51,837 nucleotides of DNA from Catajapyx aquilonaris (lineage: Eukaryota), in the NCBI GenBank assembly GCA_000934665.2, contig JYFJ02002737.1, positions 1 through 51,837 of the forward strand, written 5' to 3'. Under the pieces are notes generated by a model. The model did not search any database. It was not told where the DNA came from and saw only the letters and a list, made by a program, of their open reading frames with translations. The position numbers and the translations under genes were made by a program. Shown here piece by piece: positions 1-11,887 of this stretch; the first letter of the stretch is position 1, and each line of letters starts with the position of its first letter.

Positions 1-1187
1 CCCACCACCACCACCACCATTGAATCATGTGACATTGCGACTGTCTTGGACCCAATGCCACAGAAAGTTCTAATAGTTGCAGCTCATGCCCCATGCGGTG
101 CAATCTCAGGCTACTTTGAAATAACAATCAAACCCACCTTCTAGTGTGCAATATGTGTGGAGTGACCAATAAAAACGCAGCAAGCGCCAAAATTTTCAAA
201 ATCAAGTTATAGGTGGTAGCACGTCCTTGAGGCTCGGGTCTACATGTGTGTTAGATTGTGACATTTCTAAATGCAATATCTACCGTGTTATAAGAACTGG
301 AAAATGGAGTGTTGCTTCAAAACGCAATATGTGACCCATACCGGCTACTTCAAAACGCAACATGCGCCAAGCAGCCAATGGGAGAGTGCGATGCGCAACT
401 GTTACAAATGGCCGCCGATATCTTGCCAACCCCATAGACTAGAGTAAGCTAACCAACCCACACAGTACTACAGTAGTACGTATGATGTTCTCGTCGACTC
501 GATCCAACCCCGAGGGGTGTATAAGTAATAAAATTTGAAGACTAATAGCTAATCTCTCATGATATAATACATAATAATAGCTCTCATGATTAGCATTGTG
601 TTTAGATAATAATTAGTGTCAAGGATATGGTATCATGGTTCCTGCTGATAGAAGATACTAAGAATTTATCACAGTTTAATAATACGGCCAATGATAATAA
701 TCGATCAAAACGCAACATCTGACACATGTACCCAATCAAAACGCAATAAGTTAAATTGGGATTCATTTTTTTCTCGTGACTAGACAATTCCTGATTTCAT
801 TAACATACACCATTAACCACCTCTGCATATGGGCATAATGTACTGCACATTTTGTTTCTTGGTCACATTCCATTTGGGAGCTATCGGTTTTTGTTGACTA
901 TCTCGAAATGGCTTTGTTGGTGGATGTTGCGTTTTGATTGGTCACTCCACATGTATAAGCATTGCTGTGTAGCCATATGTTTCAAACAATCCTGCGTGGT
1001 ATTTTTATTTCATCCATTGAAAACAAGGATTTCTATGAAACACACTAGTTCCAATTGTGAAAACAATTTTTATATCAGTATACTGCAAGACACCTTTGTT
1101 TTGACCTCCAACAGACCATCGCAATGATGATGTAGAACAGGAAAGTGTGTTCACAATGAGTCACATTATATTATAGTGCTTTCACAT

Positions 1188-1577
1188 ACGGGAAGGCTAT
1201 CATTTATCCGCACCTAGTGACGCGGCTGGGTTGGGAAGGCGTGGTGGGCCCCAAACATGTTGGCTACAGGTTGCAAACAATCGGTTTCTGGGAGAGCACA
1301 ACAAAGGACGTCTTGTTACCCCTGCCACGCGAACCTATCAGACGAGTGCTAGGACCACAGTATTAATGAAGGAGATAGGAAATATGAAAGCCATGATGGT
1401 TGCTGCAGTCCGTTAACCCAAAGAACGACACTTCATCAAGCAACCATGAAGGCATTTGAATTTGGCTGGCAACAGTATCAATGTTTGCGACGCAACATTT
1501 CCAACCTTCGGGAGGCCCCCCACCCACCCAACCCCGACAGTGTTGTTAAGGTGCGGAAAAACAATAGTTTATCCGAT
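1188..1577. mobile_element. Degenerate MITE-like element
   Basis: Imperfect terminal inverted repeats: ggaaggctatcatttatccgcacct versus aggtgcggaaaaacaatagtttatcc. Confidence 0.4.
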
Positions 1578-2618
1578 ACATGTCGAATCCCCTTATGCTG
1601 GCCATGCATAAGCGAGTTTGTTTAGGTTGTCGCCAAGGGCTTCATTGTTACCGTATTTTTCTTTGCTACTGCACTGCCTTAAATGCTACAAGGTAATACT
1701 TTATGGTTACTATTAATCATCTAAATCAGTTGAATTGTTATATTAAGTGACTTTACATTGCTGGACAACCATATACAGAAAATGTTTCTTATAGTGGGTC
1801 ATCTGGCCACCACAACATACTCGTTGGCCCACATAAGCCAAAATCACAATGTTCAAATGTTCTTGTTAAGTAATTGGTCAACAATCCCAATATTGGTAGC
1901 CTGATGTGAGGGTGTTAAATGTATTCAACCCTAAAATACTATTCTATACTATTCTATCACCTTTTCTATGTTAATTGAGGCCAAAAGTACAGCTGCATCT
2001 TAATTAGTTCCAGATAACAGCTGAAAGATGAAGGGCTTGCACGAAGAATGCTCGAAATTACCACCCCCAGTAAAATATCTCATTTTTCACAGCCCTTTGT
2101 GTGTGGTACTATGTTTTAGTATCATAGTGATAAACTACTGAATATCATTTAAATCCGCCACATCAAAATCCAACTTACATGACCTAACTGACATGGAATT
2201 ACCCATACAGAAAGTCATTTAACACCACAATAACCAGTGAGTTCCTGATTTCAATACATTTATAACCACTCTCTCCATGGGTTCAAGTGTTAGGGCCTAC
2301 TGCAGCAGTGTACTTCTTTCTTAAATTGAAATCACTGGTACCCTCAAAAGCCTGAATCACTATTACCTGGAATGTACAAGTTTGTGATGTGACCAAAAAG
2401 TACGCAGGCCAACATCTTCATTTGAATGGAATCTGGCCTACACTTTCTGGGTCACTCATATTACATCTGTCTCATCTCTCCTACATCTCTCATCCTTCAC
2501 CACTGCATGGAACCAGAAAGCAAAGCAATCAATACTATGACAGGAGAGCCAAGAGACAAAGGTAGTATTGGTTGCCTACTAATAATAATTAATCAAGATC
2601 AGTGCGCCACAAATTGTC

Positions 2619-2624
2619 TTTATT
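2619..2624 (-). terminator. Candidate polyadenylation signal of CCDC25
   Basis: TTTATT on + (AATAAA on -), about 135 nt downstream of the CCDC25 stop codon. Confidence 0.45.
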
Positions 2625-2759
2625 GTTGTGAAGCAGAACAGTTGATGGCAAATGTAAATGTCAACACTTATGGAATACACAGAATTTTTATCAGACTCAA
2701 GAATGATTACCTGACACAATACATGTGTGTAAGAGGCCATTTTCCTTGACTGCTCGCTG

Positions 2760-4673
2760 TCACATGAAATCATCAGAATCTTCATCTGCATTATCCTTGT
2801 TTGAAGTCATATTCTGGCTCTTCATCAGTGATGTGTAGTTTCTGATACAAAAAATTATTACTGGCAATGGACAGAATTTAAAAATAAAACTATAAAGCTG
2901 CATTTACATGCGAATGATTTGATGCGCGAAGTTTTTGCCAAGCGATACCATCGCTGACTAACCCAAGTTACCAATATTGTTTGAGGCGAAAATCGATTGT
3001 TACTTTCACCTCAAACAATACTGGTTACTCAGGTAACAGCTATGTTATCAATTGGCAAAGACTTTGCATGTCAAATAGCTGGTGGGAGGGAGGGGGGCTT
3101 GTATTGATGAACCTTGAGATGATTCTGGCACTGGAAGCCATGGCCAAGATTGCAACTGATGATAATATATTTGTCATATAATTATATGCTGAAGAAATTT
3201 CATTGTGCATATGGCAGTGCTTGTGGGCATTAATTCCGGGACAGCTAATCTGAGGACTTTAATGTTGTCAAACAACACTGCATTTGGCAAGTTCATTGAC
3301 ATATTGAGGACATGGAAATGCATGAAGCTCAGCTTGGTTAGGATGGGTGAGGGAAAGGCACCCACACCTTTCCCCCTCCCAGCCTAGGGAATTATAAGCT
3401 GATATTCATTTCCTTCTTGTCAAGGCCTTGATACATACTTAAATGTTAAAAAGCATCTGGTCCTCAAACTACTTTCCATTTCAAAATGTAGTTATCTCAA
3501 TTGGTACCAAAATTTCACAACTGTTCCATTTAAAAATTCAAGTCACACTGTAAAAAACACCATAATTCAATAACTCTAGAATGGTAATTATAAATATTGA
3601 TGTCAACAAGAAAGAAGTATACACCACATTAGTTTTGAGATACCAATTTTTAAGTACTTCTGTGAAAAGAGCAAGTGTCTTTTCTCATCGTGCGTGGACA
3701 CCAAAAAAAATTCTGGAAAAATCCAGAAACCCATGTAAACTTTATTGTGTTATCTTGGGACAACTGGACTGCATAGCCTACATTTATGTACACTGCACTT
3801 CATAACAAAGTATTATGCATGACTACCTGACTTCAGCCTCTTCTTGCTTCTTCTTCTGCTCCTGCTTCTCTTTCTCTTTCATCTCCCTCAACTGTTTCTT
3901 TTTGTCCTCTCTCTCTTGCCTGTCCCTTTCCTCCCTCTCTGCCCTGAAGTCTACTTGCTGTTCAACTTTGGTCTTGTTCAGTCGATTCACCACTTCATTG
4001 ATTCTTTTTGCCACTTTTATCTTCCTCACCTGGGCACACAAATGAATAATAACATCATTAAAATTCACACTACATGTAACTATAACAATAACACTGCAAA
4101 TTTTTAATATGCACAATATTTATTGCAAAGCATCCTAGCACAGCAAGAATTACCCTCTAAAGGCCTGTTTACCCACGTCTGCTGCTGGCAAAACATAAGT
4201 GTGGCCTGCCAATCGGCCTGCCGTGAATTGTTACTTGCATGCTTTTGTGGGTAAATCTCCACATTGGCAGGCTGCATTCATGTTTTTCTAGAAGCAGCCA
4301 TGTGTAAACGGGTCTCAACGGCTTGGAAACTTTCCAAATACCAGACAAAAAAATGGTACTGTACTAGAATGTGGGTTATATGCAATCCCTATTGTAAATA
4401 TCTACATAGCATGTTATTACCTCCTTGTCTTTATGAAATCCAACTTGGCCTACTTCCATTCCCTCTGTCTTCTTCAAATTTGACCAAATGGTGTATACAA
4501 CGTCAACATCATTCATCTTATTTCCCATGATGCTGTTGGCTTTCACCAACTGAGCAGCATCTTCAATCACAGCTGTTGGAACATCATCCAAGGATTGGCC
4601 CTAAATGAAACATGTTACTGAATATTTGCCATTGACAAATATGTATTTATTATTATTATTATTATTATTACTA

Positions 4674-4747
<74 letters not shown>

Positions 4748-7700
4748 GGGGCGGTAGCCCCTAAGACTGCACAACAATTTTCAACAGTGAATTTTTCCAA
4801 CTTCTTGTTACGTTTTTTAAATTCGCCATAACTCAAGTTCTGCTGGAGATAGCACTTCCAAGATTTAACCACAGATCCACACCATTGTGAAGTGCATTCC
4901 TACCATTTACGGCTACACTCAATTCCTCTTCAAAATGACGGAAAAAAACTAAAAACCACTAAAAAATATACCTATAAGTATTTTTGTTGTTAAATGGTAG
5001 GGCAAGGTCATGTTAATTTTTTTTTCAAGGCAATGCAATTGTTTTTTAGGCACATTTTATTTTTTAGGCACAACATTTTATTTTTTATATTTTTCAAATC
5101 TTTTGCGGAACCCCTACGCTGGTGTCACGGAACCATAGGGTTCCGCGGAACACAGTTTGAGAACCGCAGCCCTAGAAAATGGTGACGTCACTGTTTCCCT
5201 AGAAAATGTTGACGTCACGCGAAGTGAAATGAACGCAAAAATGATGTTATAGAACGCGCCCCGGCAGGGTCGTAAAATAATTCGTTGTACTGTGCTGGAC
5301 CCGGCTGGACATTTTAGCAGTCCAAGTGTTTACTTAGTTGCCAGGTAACGGGCGAGTTTTTACTCGAAGCCGCTTAAACCGCTTCGTGCGTGGCAGTGAT
5401 GCCAGCAGCTCGGAAATATCTGTCTCCCGAATTAGGCACAAAAAGGCCCCCCTTCTCCACCTCGATGGCCTACAGCCGCCTTGCGAATGCTTTCCGTCTT
5501 GTCCGCGGTTAATTCAAGGTCAAATTCCTCATATCTCGCAGTCAACCAGGCATTTCAGTGTACCCTTTCGATTGGCACCACCCGGCTGCCCCGTTTTTCC
5601 CTCCAATTTTGAAGGTACTTTTAAATATGCCGTAATTTATCCAGTAATGTCATTTTGATGCAACAGAGTGATGGAATGTATGTTTACAGGCATGGGCTAT
5701 CTAGTTATGAACAAAAATCCCAAATCCCAGACCAAGGCTAGTTCCCCATTCTGAATAAATGTTTCATGGCAATAAATTCGCACCAAGTTGCCATGGTATC
5801 CCATTGCTGTGTGTGTGTGGGTTTTTGTGTGTGTGTGTGTGTGTGTGTAATAGCTATTGCACTATTTCATTATATGGATTCATTAAAATACTGTTGAACA
5901 AAGCATACAAAATCCACATACACACTTTACTTGTCCAAATGTGGGTGCATTTGCCTCGTGTGTTCCCCAGAGAGGACACCAGATTTCAGTACTATTCTCA
6001 AACAAGGGAAGTAAAAAATACGCCTATATTTCCACATCAATATGATCATTCATAAGTTTTCTAAGTATTACAAACAATAAATAACTCTTCAAACTAATAA
6101 TCAATATTTGATAATAATTATCAAATATTGATTATTAGTTTGAAGAGTTATTTATTGTTTGTAATACTTAGAAAACTTATGAATGATTAGTAATTATTAC
6201 TAATCCTATTTGGATCATGAAGGTGCAGCCATTATTTCCTGAGTTAAAATTCAAACACGTGTATCTTAACCCTAATAAGACGGGCCTCACATATGCTGTG
6301 ATGCTGGCTTTAAAAAATTCTGCTGGCGAAACTATAGCGTTTTCCCACTATGTAACGTGGTTTCCCTGTGGCTTTTTAAATTTTCTCTCGCGTAAAAAAA
6401 TCGCGAGTTTTGGAATACAAAATCGTGCATAAATAAACCGGATTCACCAGATTAACTGGAATGAAATCATCTTTTTGCGGCCGCTGAAAAAAACCTTGAC
6501 CGGCAAATTTTTGGCATACACAGTTGCCCCCAAACCTCCTCAAGAGATTCCACCCTGAAATTAGTGCAAAAGATGATTCAATAGTTTTAAAATAAATAAA
6601 TAATGTTCGTAAATGCCAAATAGCGGCAGGCGGCCTTCTGACCAACTCCTGCCCGCCCTCTGTCTTGATGCAGGGCGCATGCCAGGGGCTGTTTATGAAT
6701 TGCTGTGATGTTTATGTTCCTGAAGGGTTGTGTGTTTATCAACACAACACATCTCGCTTGGCAGGCCTGTGCCGTAAATTCATGCTATGCGCTTATATAC
6801 TGCTTTGTTCAGAGGTGCCAAGGCTACATACCGATAATTTTTTGTCAAGCAGGCAGAGTGACAAAAAATTGGAGTAGGCGCGGAACATACGCCTCTGCGC
6901 CACCTTGTTATGCATATGAGAGTATCCACTGCGTAAGCATGAGAGGAGGGTCACATAGATGGCCTCAGGATCAAGCCTGGACACTATACGATCTTATTCA
7001 CTAGTGTTTTCAAATCTCGTCCCCCAAGTCCCAACGAAAGCGAATTTTTTGCAGATACTTGCAAAAACGCGAAAAACCACCCGTCTTATTAGGGTTAAAA
7101 GGCTGAAGCAATACTGATCAGGTTTGAACTTGCATTATTAGCTATGACTCTACTGAAGCCCCCATGACTACTACCAGCTTTTTAGCAGCAGAAGAAGTAG
7201 CGCAAAAAAATTAAAATGTAACAACTCTGCTATAGGGGACGCTCAGCATATCTGGGTTAACCACATCAATTTGATGTACCCTTGCCTTGATGTAATTGCA
7301 AACATGAGTTCTTTTACATTTCTTACAAGTGCTGCTGCCTGCAGAACATTCCTGATGTGGCAAATGACACATGTGCTGCAAGTTTAGTGGTCCTCAAGGA
7401 CATATTACCACATAGAGGAGGCACCAACTAAGTCCAATTTTGGCAGTTTTGAGTTGCAATATTATCTCTATTTCCTGCAGTCCCAGAAGGTTTAACTAGT
7501 TGGGAATGCAATTAAAGCATGTCATATATTTATAGAAAATGACCTCTTTCCTTAAAGACAGACTCATGAACCATTACTTCTGAAGTGAAGTCACACGTAC
7601 AGGATGCAATCGTAGGTAGACATGCGCTGAAGATACTTTGTCCACATGGAACCAAACATCCTCTGGCCATCCCCATTTTATCAGGTCTTCATCTGGATAC

Positions 7701-9543
7701 AAATTGAAGAAACGTGGTCAGAGAGATTTATAATGCGTTATACTCAGATTATGCTATAAATTTTTATAACATGCATTTCTTAAATATATCTTTCTGAAAT
7801 TGTCATTAGGCAGAACACTTACTCTCATATTTGTCCAGACCCATGAAAAGGGTGATGGGTGGATTCACAACTGAAACAGAGTAATTATGGTCATCAGACA
7901 AAATTATTCTAAAGAGACACAGACTACCGAAAGGTTTAAGGGGACTCATATTGTAAAGATCCTTGGGTGCAGTTGCGCAGATGAAGACACCACTGAGCTG
8001 CTCCACACACAGGCCAATGCCCCTCTACTAACCTTTTACCAAAAAATCTTGCGGAGTTGGGTGGTTTGCCACCACACTTTATGAACCACTACCTAAAGTA
8101 GCAGTTTCTTGATTAGGACCCTCAATACCATCCCTCCATGGTCCACACTCCAATAATAATCTACAGTACTACAGGGCTGACAGAACTGTTTTGTTATTTT
8201 TCTAACAAAAGTCAATGCACAATTTTGCATTTTCATCACAAATGTTTTTTCCCTTAACAACCTTGCAACCAAAGCATGCTTGACAGTGTAAGACAACATG
8301 GTGGAGCAGCCCTGAACAATTCACAATATGGTCAACTCAACTTGTGGGAGTACATTGGAAATGCCTGTACATGGGTAAATGCCGTAATACAGTATCTTCT
8401 TAATGTATATTCTAGTTCGTTTGTTCCTTATGGAAATCCAGGGGAAGGTCCATACATCACCTTAAACTAGCTCATTGGGGGTTACTTTTTTCGAGGAATT
8501 TAACGTCGCATGTTTCAGCTCCCGAAAATGAACCTAACTCCCACAACACGCATATTCCCAAATCTTCTCACTACTCAGGCCTCAACAATTAACTTACATC
8601 AACATCAATAACAATATATATCAATTCGCATTCCCATGGAAATGCCCTTATGCAACAATACCTAGCAAATTAAACCATCGCTGTAAATTCAACGCATCCA
8701 TCAATTACGCTAATTGGCCTCCTCATGTGAGTTCGTATCGTATGGTCATTCCGGGATTTTGTGGAATTTGAAAGTAGACTTCCAGACAAAAATAAATATA
8801 AAAAATACAGTATTTACAAATATTACTCTGTGTTGAAAACAAAATTTCACACCATGCATCTGTACGTACATTTCTAAAGTTCTTCAGAGCAAACATATAG
8901 AATGAGGTGGGGGTGTGAGGTGGAGTTGGGGGGTCAAAAATTCTGGAAAAAAACACATGGCTCTGCAGTCTGTTCCTGGGCCAACTTCATCCGCATTCCT
9001 CTTTTTACACATCCAATGAGCATATCTGCATCGACTACCCTATAACTGAAGCAGGCAATCTAGCACAGATAGTGACAAACTTTGGCTTACTGTAACTTAT
9101 AAGGCCTATTTTAAGGCATATCAAGTTTCGAGTGTATGGAATGCAAATTTTACAAACTTCCTAACATATAATTATGTACCCCTACATTTACCAGCACCCC
9201 AACATACCCGGGCAACACTGGGTAACCTGCTAGTATTAATAATCACATGATTACTGTCATCTTGTGGCATTTCCCTCCCAACACATCTCAGGTCTAAGAC
9301 TAGTCATTTTCCTGTATGGATTCTAGGTATTCATGGATAAATGAATGCAAACATTTATCCATGAATACCTAGAATAATTGCTAACTATTGCAGTATCATT
9401 ATGAGGGCATCCTTGACATATGGCCAATTGAACCCTCCTTGTGTACAGTACACTGCCCATTTACTGCTGTGCCACCCCACAGTGTATGCCATCCCTGCTG
9501 GTTAGAAAGAATGATTACCAGAGCTGGTAAAGTAGAACACCAT
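2760..9543 (-). CDS. CCDC25: Coiled-coil domain-containing protein 25 (NFACT-R domain plus coiled coil); 6 coding exons, 209 aa
   Basis: Coding exons in transcript order: 9543-9519, 7870-7823, 7692-7601, 4600-4421, 4029-3827, 2841-2760. Total 630 nt, all GT-AG with matching phases. Translation [63 protein letters not shown]...[12 protein letters not shown]...EDSDDFM* is recognisably CCDC25. Confidence 0.96.
2897..3075. mobile_element. PIF/Harbinger-like MITE remnant (same family as 30965-31118)
   Basis: Shares gcatttacatgcga...gatttga...cgaa and the aatcgatt/aaacaata core with the copy at 30965-31118. Internally palindromic. Confidence 0.45.
4161..4315. mobile_element. PIF/Harbinger-like MITE
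   Basis: Imperfect TIRs aggcctgtttaccca and tgtgtaaacgggtct. Confidence 0.45.
4648..4746. repeat. (TAT)n microsatellite
   Basis: Direct reading; lies just upstream of the CCDC25 exon-4 acceptor. Confidence 0.95.
5090..5170. mobile_element. hAT (Charlie-like) MITE terminal fragment
   Basis: ggaacc...agggttccgcggaacacagtttgagaaccgc resembles the hAT terminus at 29020-29035. Confidence 0.5.
5808..5848. repeat. (GT)n microsatellite, interrupted
   Basis: Direct reading. Confidence 0.9.
6045..6187. repeat. Perfect AT-rich palindrome, 71-bp arms with a 1-nt spacer
   Basis: 6045-6115 is the exact reverse complement of 6117-6187. Confidence 0.95.
6270..7094. mobile_element. Non-autonomous piggyBac element
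   Basis: Perfect 15-bp TIR CCCTAATAAGACGGG, flanked by TTAA at 6266-6269 and 7095-7098. No transposase ORF. Confidence 0.9.
9205..9233 (+). mobile_element. Helitron 3' terminus (remnant)
   Basis: Subterminal hairpin tacccgg-gcaaca-ctgggta followed by CTAG|T. The 5' extent is unknown. Confidence 0.6.
9320..9375. repeat. Perfect hairpin, 24-bp arms with an 8-nt loop
   Basis: attctaggtattcatggataaatg / aatgcaaa / catttatccatgaatacctagaat. Confidence 0.9.
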
Positions 9544-9920
9544 GATGGCTGGTGAGTCCAACCCTGACCTGTCAGTCAGTCAGTGAGTCCCTCCTCCGTC
9601 AACTCTGCAACCTCCTGATCTGTGTCTCTCACTCTTGGTGTTGGTGCCTGCTGGCGACAGATAGGTTTTAGACATGTGATCTTATGGACAAGCCCTGGCA
9701 GGTGTGTGCATGTGTGAGTGAGTGAGAGTCCTCTCCCTCCAGGCAGATCTGTTGTTAGTGGTTAGTGGGTATGCTGGGAGAGGTCTACATCCGCCCGTCC
9801 ACATCCCTGCCTGCCTTCAGCCCAAGGCTACACCACGTGCATTGTTGTGGAGGCAGAGAGGCGGGGCAGACGAACAAGCTCTCCCAGACGCGCCCTACTG
9901 CAGGCAAACCTTTAACTTAC

Positions 9921-10660
9921 CGTGCGTAGAGGGATGTAAGGGAGACAGGTCAGATGGGGTCAGAGAGCGAGGCCCCGAAGCACCATCAGCAGCAGTCTGG
10001 CCCGCGTTCCTTCCATCACCTCTGCCTGCGACAAAAAGGAACGGAACGCATCAGTGCGCAGGAGCAGTGTCAAAGGAAACATTTGGACCACAGCTCCTCT
10101 CCCTTCCCGCCATGCTTCCCGCCTTCAACGGAAAGCAAGAAGAGACAAGAAGGAGAGGAGAGCAGAAGGCGGGAGGCGGGTAGCTAGCCGGACAAGAAGC
10201 GGATGTGAGAGTGTCCGGTGTCGATGCGACTAATCTCGGCGGTGTCCCTGCAGTACCCCCGAGCGACCTGACCGAGTCTGTCGTCGCCGCTTCCCTCTCT
10301 ACGCAGCCGGTGATTGCACTGAGAACAGTCCGAACCAGTTACGCGGTGAAGGTCTTCTTTCTCTCCCACGCGATTACACCTGGGATCCAAGACTAGGGCA
10401 AATTACGTGCAGGCTCAACCACCAGGTGGGTCGGAGAGGCAATGACAAGCCACAGACAATCACTTTGAATTTTCTTCAAGACCATTTCCAAGTCCGTGCA
10501 CTTTCAATGGAGCCTGCCATGTTGTGGTATGCCCCAGGTGGCTATGACTCTGTGATAGAGCGGATGTAACGGAGCCATACTTTATTGAACGGAGAAATCA
10601 GATTAGGTTAGCTGACCTGACCGAACCTTCCCTTACCTATTAATCATGCAGGTACCGTGT
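9921..10660. promoter_or_regulatory. Putative bidirectional promoter and 5' non-coding exons of CCDC25 and ESCO
   Basis: GC/CpG-richer island between the divergent genes. Minus-strand donor ACG|GTAAGT at 9921/9920 and acceptor at about 9651 suggest a CCDC25 5'UTR exon. Boundaries are approximate. Confidence 0.5.
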
Positions 10661-11252
10661 GCGGATTATAAATAAGCTATCCTAGTGTCATGCGAGCATT
10701 GATCTCTCTTCAATAACTCCTCGCTACTAGCTTTCATCTCAGATCTCACCACCTCTGAGTGCCACTAAGGCCTGCCAGCATCATTCTGTACAAATATTTA
10801 TTCTATGCTGTGTTTAGAACTGATAGTCACTGAAGTATCTGAAGTCCCTGCATATTATGGAGTCACTGGAGATGCATGTGTCATTTCCCACAACCAATCA
10901 TGGTCAGGCTTTGCTGGTTTAATTTCAAATGCCATTTATTTCTTACAAGCGTAGGGCTGCCTCAAATTATGGATTGCAAGGAGTCCTTGAGCTAATTAAT
11001 TTTACATTAATCTCTTTTAAATATATTGAAATTAATCTAGAGATATGTAAGACTTCATTGAAGCCAATAGCTATCAGAACTGGTGGCAGAAGGTTGTTCG
11101 AGAAGTGGTGGTATGAAATGACCATAAATTTCTTAAATCAGCAGCTTGATACAAGTTCAAGTCGTTCACTAGCATGGAAATTCTTTAATGTGTCTGAAAA
11201 TGAAATGTGCTTCATGCAATCCAAATAAAACTGCAAGAAGTAAATACAATAG

Positions 11253-11484
11253 CAGGGGTCGAATCTTAACATTATTGTCCAGGTGCAAACTTTGCACTCC
11301 AGAATTTCATATGGAGTGCAAATTGTTTACTTGAAGTGCATCATTTTTAATTGCTGGGTTTAGCATGAATTAAAAAGCAGGACCCACTGGAGTTCAAACT
11401 TTGCAATCCAAGGCTCAGTTTGGAGTGCAGATAACAATTGTGGAGTGCAAATTGGTCCTTTGCATCCGAATATTTCGACCCCTG
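11253..11484. mobile_element. MITE with CAGGGGTCGAA termini
   Basis: 11-bp perfect TIR and internal ggagtgcaaa repeats. No clean TSD, so superfamily unassigned. Confidence 0.65.
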
Positions 11485-11887
11485 CTATAGACTCTGGATG
11501 TAACAGACTTTAAGGGACTGTGGAAATCAGTATACTATAATATAACCAAGGCCTGTTATATCAAAACACATGGGCCATATATTGAAGTATGAAGGGACCA
11601 GTCTTTCGGGTCTGCTATAACCAAGAATCTGTTATATCCGGAGTCAACTGGAAAGTGTTAAGCCCCAGTACAACCCTACATGAATGTTCAGGGAACATTC
11701 AGAAATTCCCAGTCAGTGTCCGGAATAGCCAGATGTTCACTGAATATTATAGAATATTCCTATTCCTGTGTCCATTGTGATAGCCTGGAAAAACAAAACA
11801 AAATGGCTACTGGTAGTTATTGTTAATTTTGTCAAATAGCATTTAGTAAAACATAACAATGGGACGTAATTCCTTTTTTTTCTAGCC

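Noticed and set aside
2015..2062. ctgaaagatg...cgaaa, a possible Penelope-type hammerhead core
   Set aside because: The core does not match CUGANGA and no convincing stems were found.
9722..10396. ORFs of 63-153 aa in the GC-rich CCDC25/ESCO interval
   Set aside because: No recognisable domain. Long ORFs are expected by chance in GC-rich promoter or UTR DNA.
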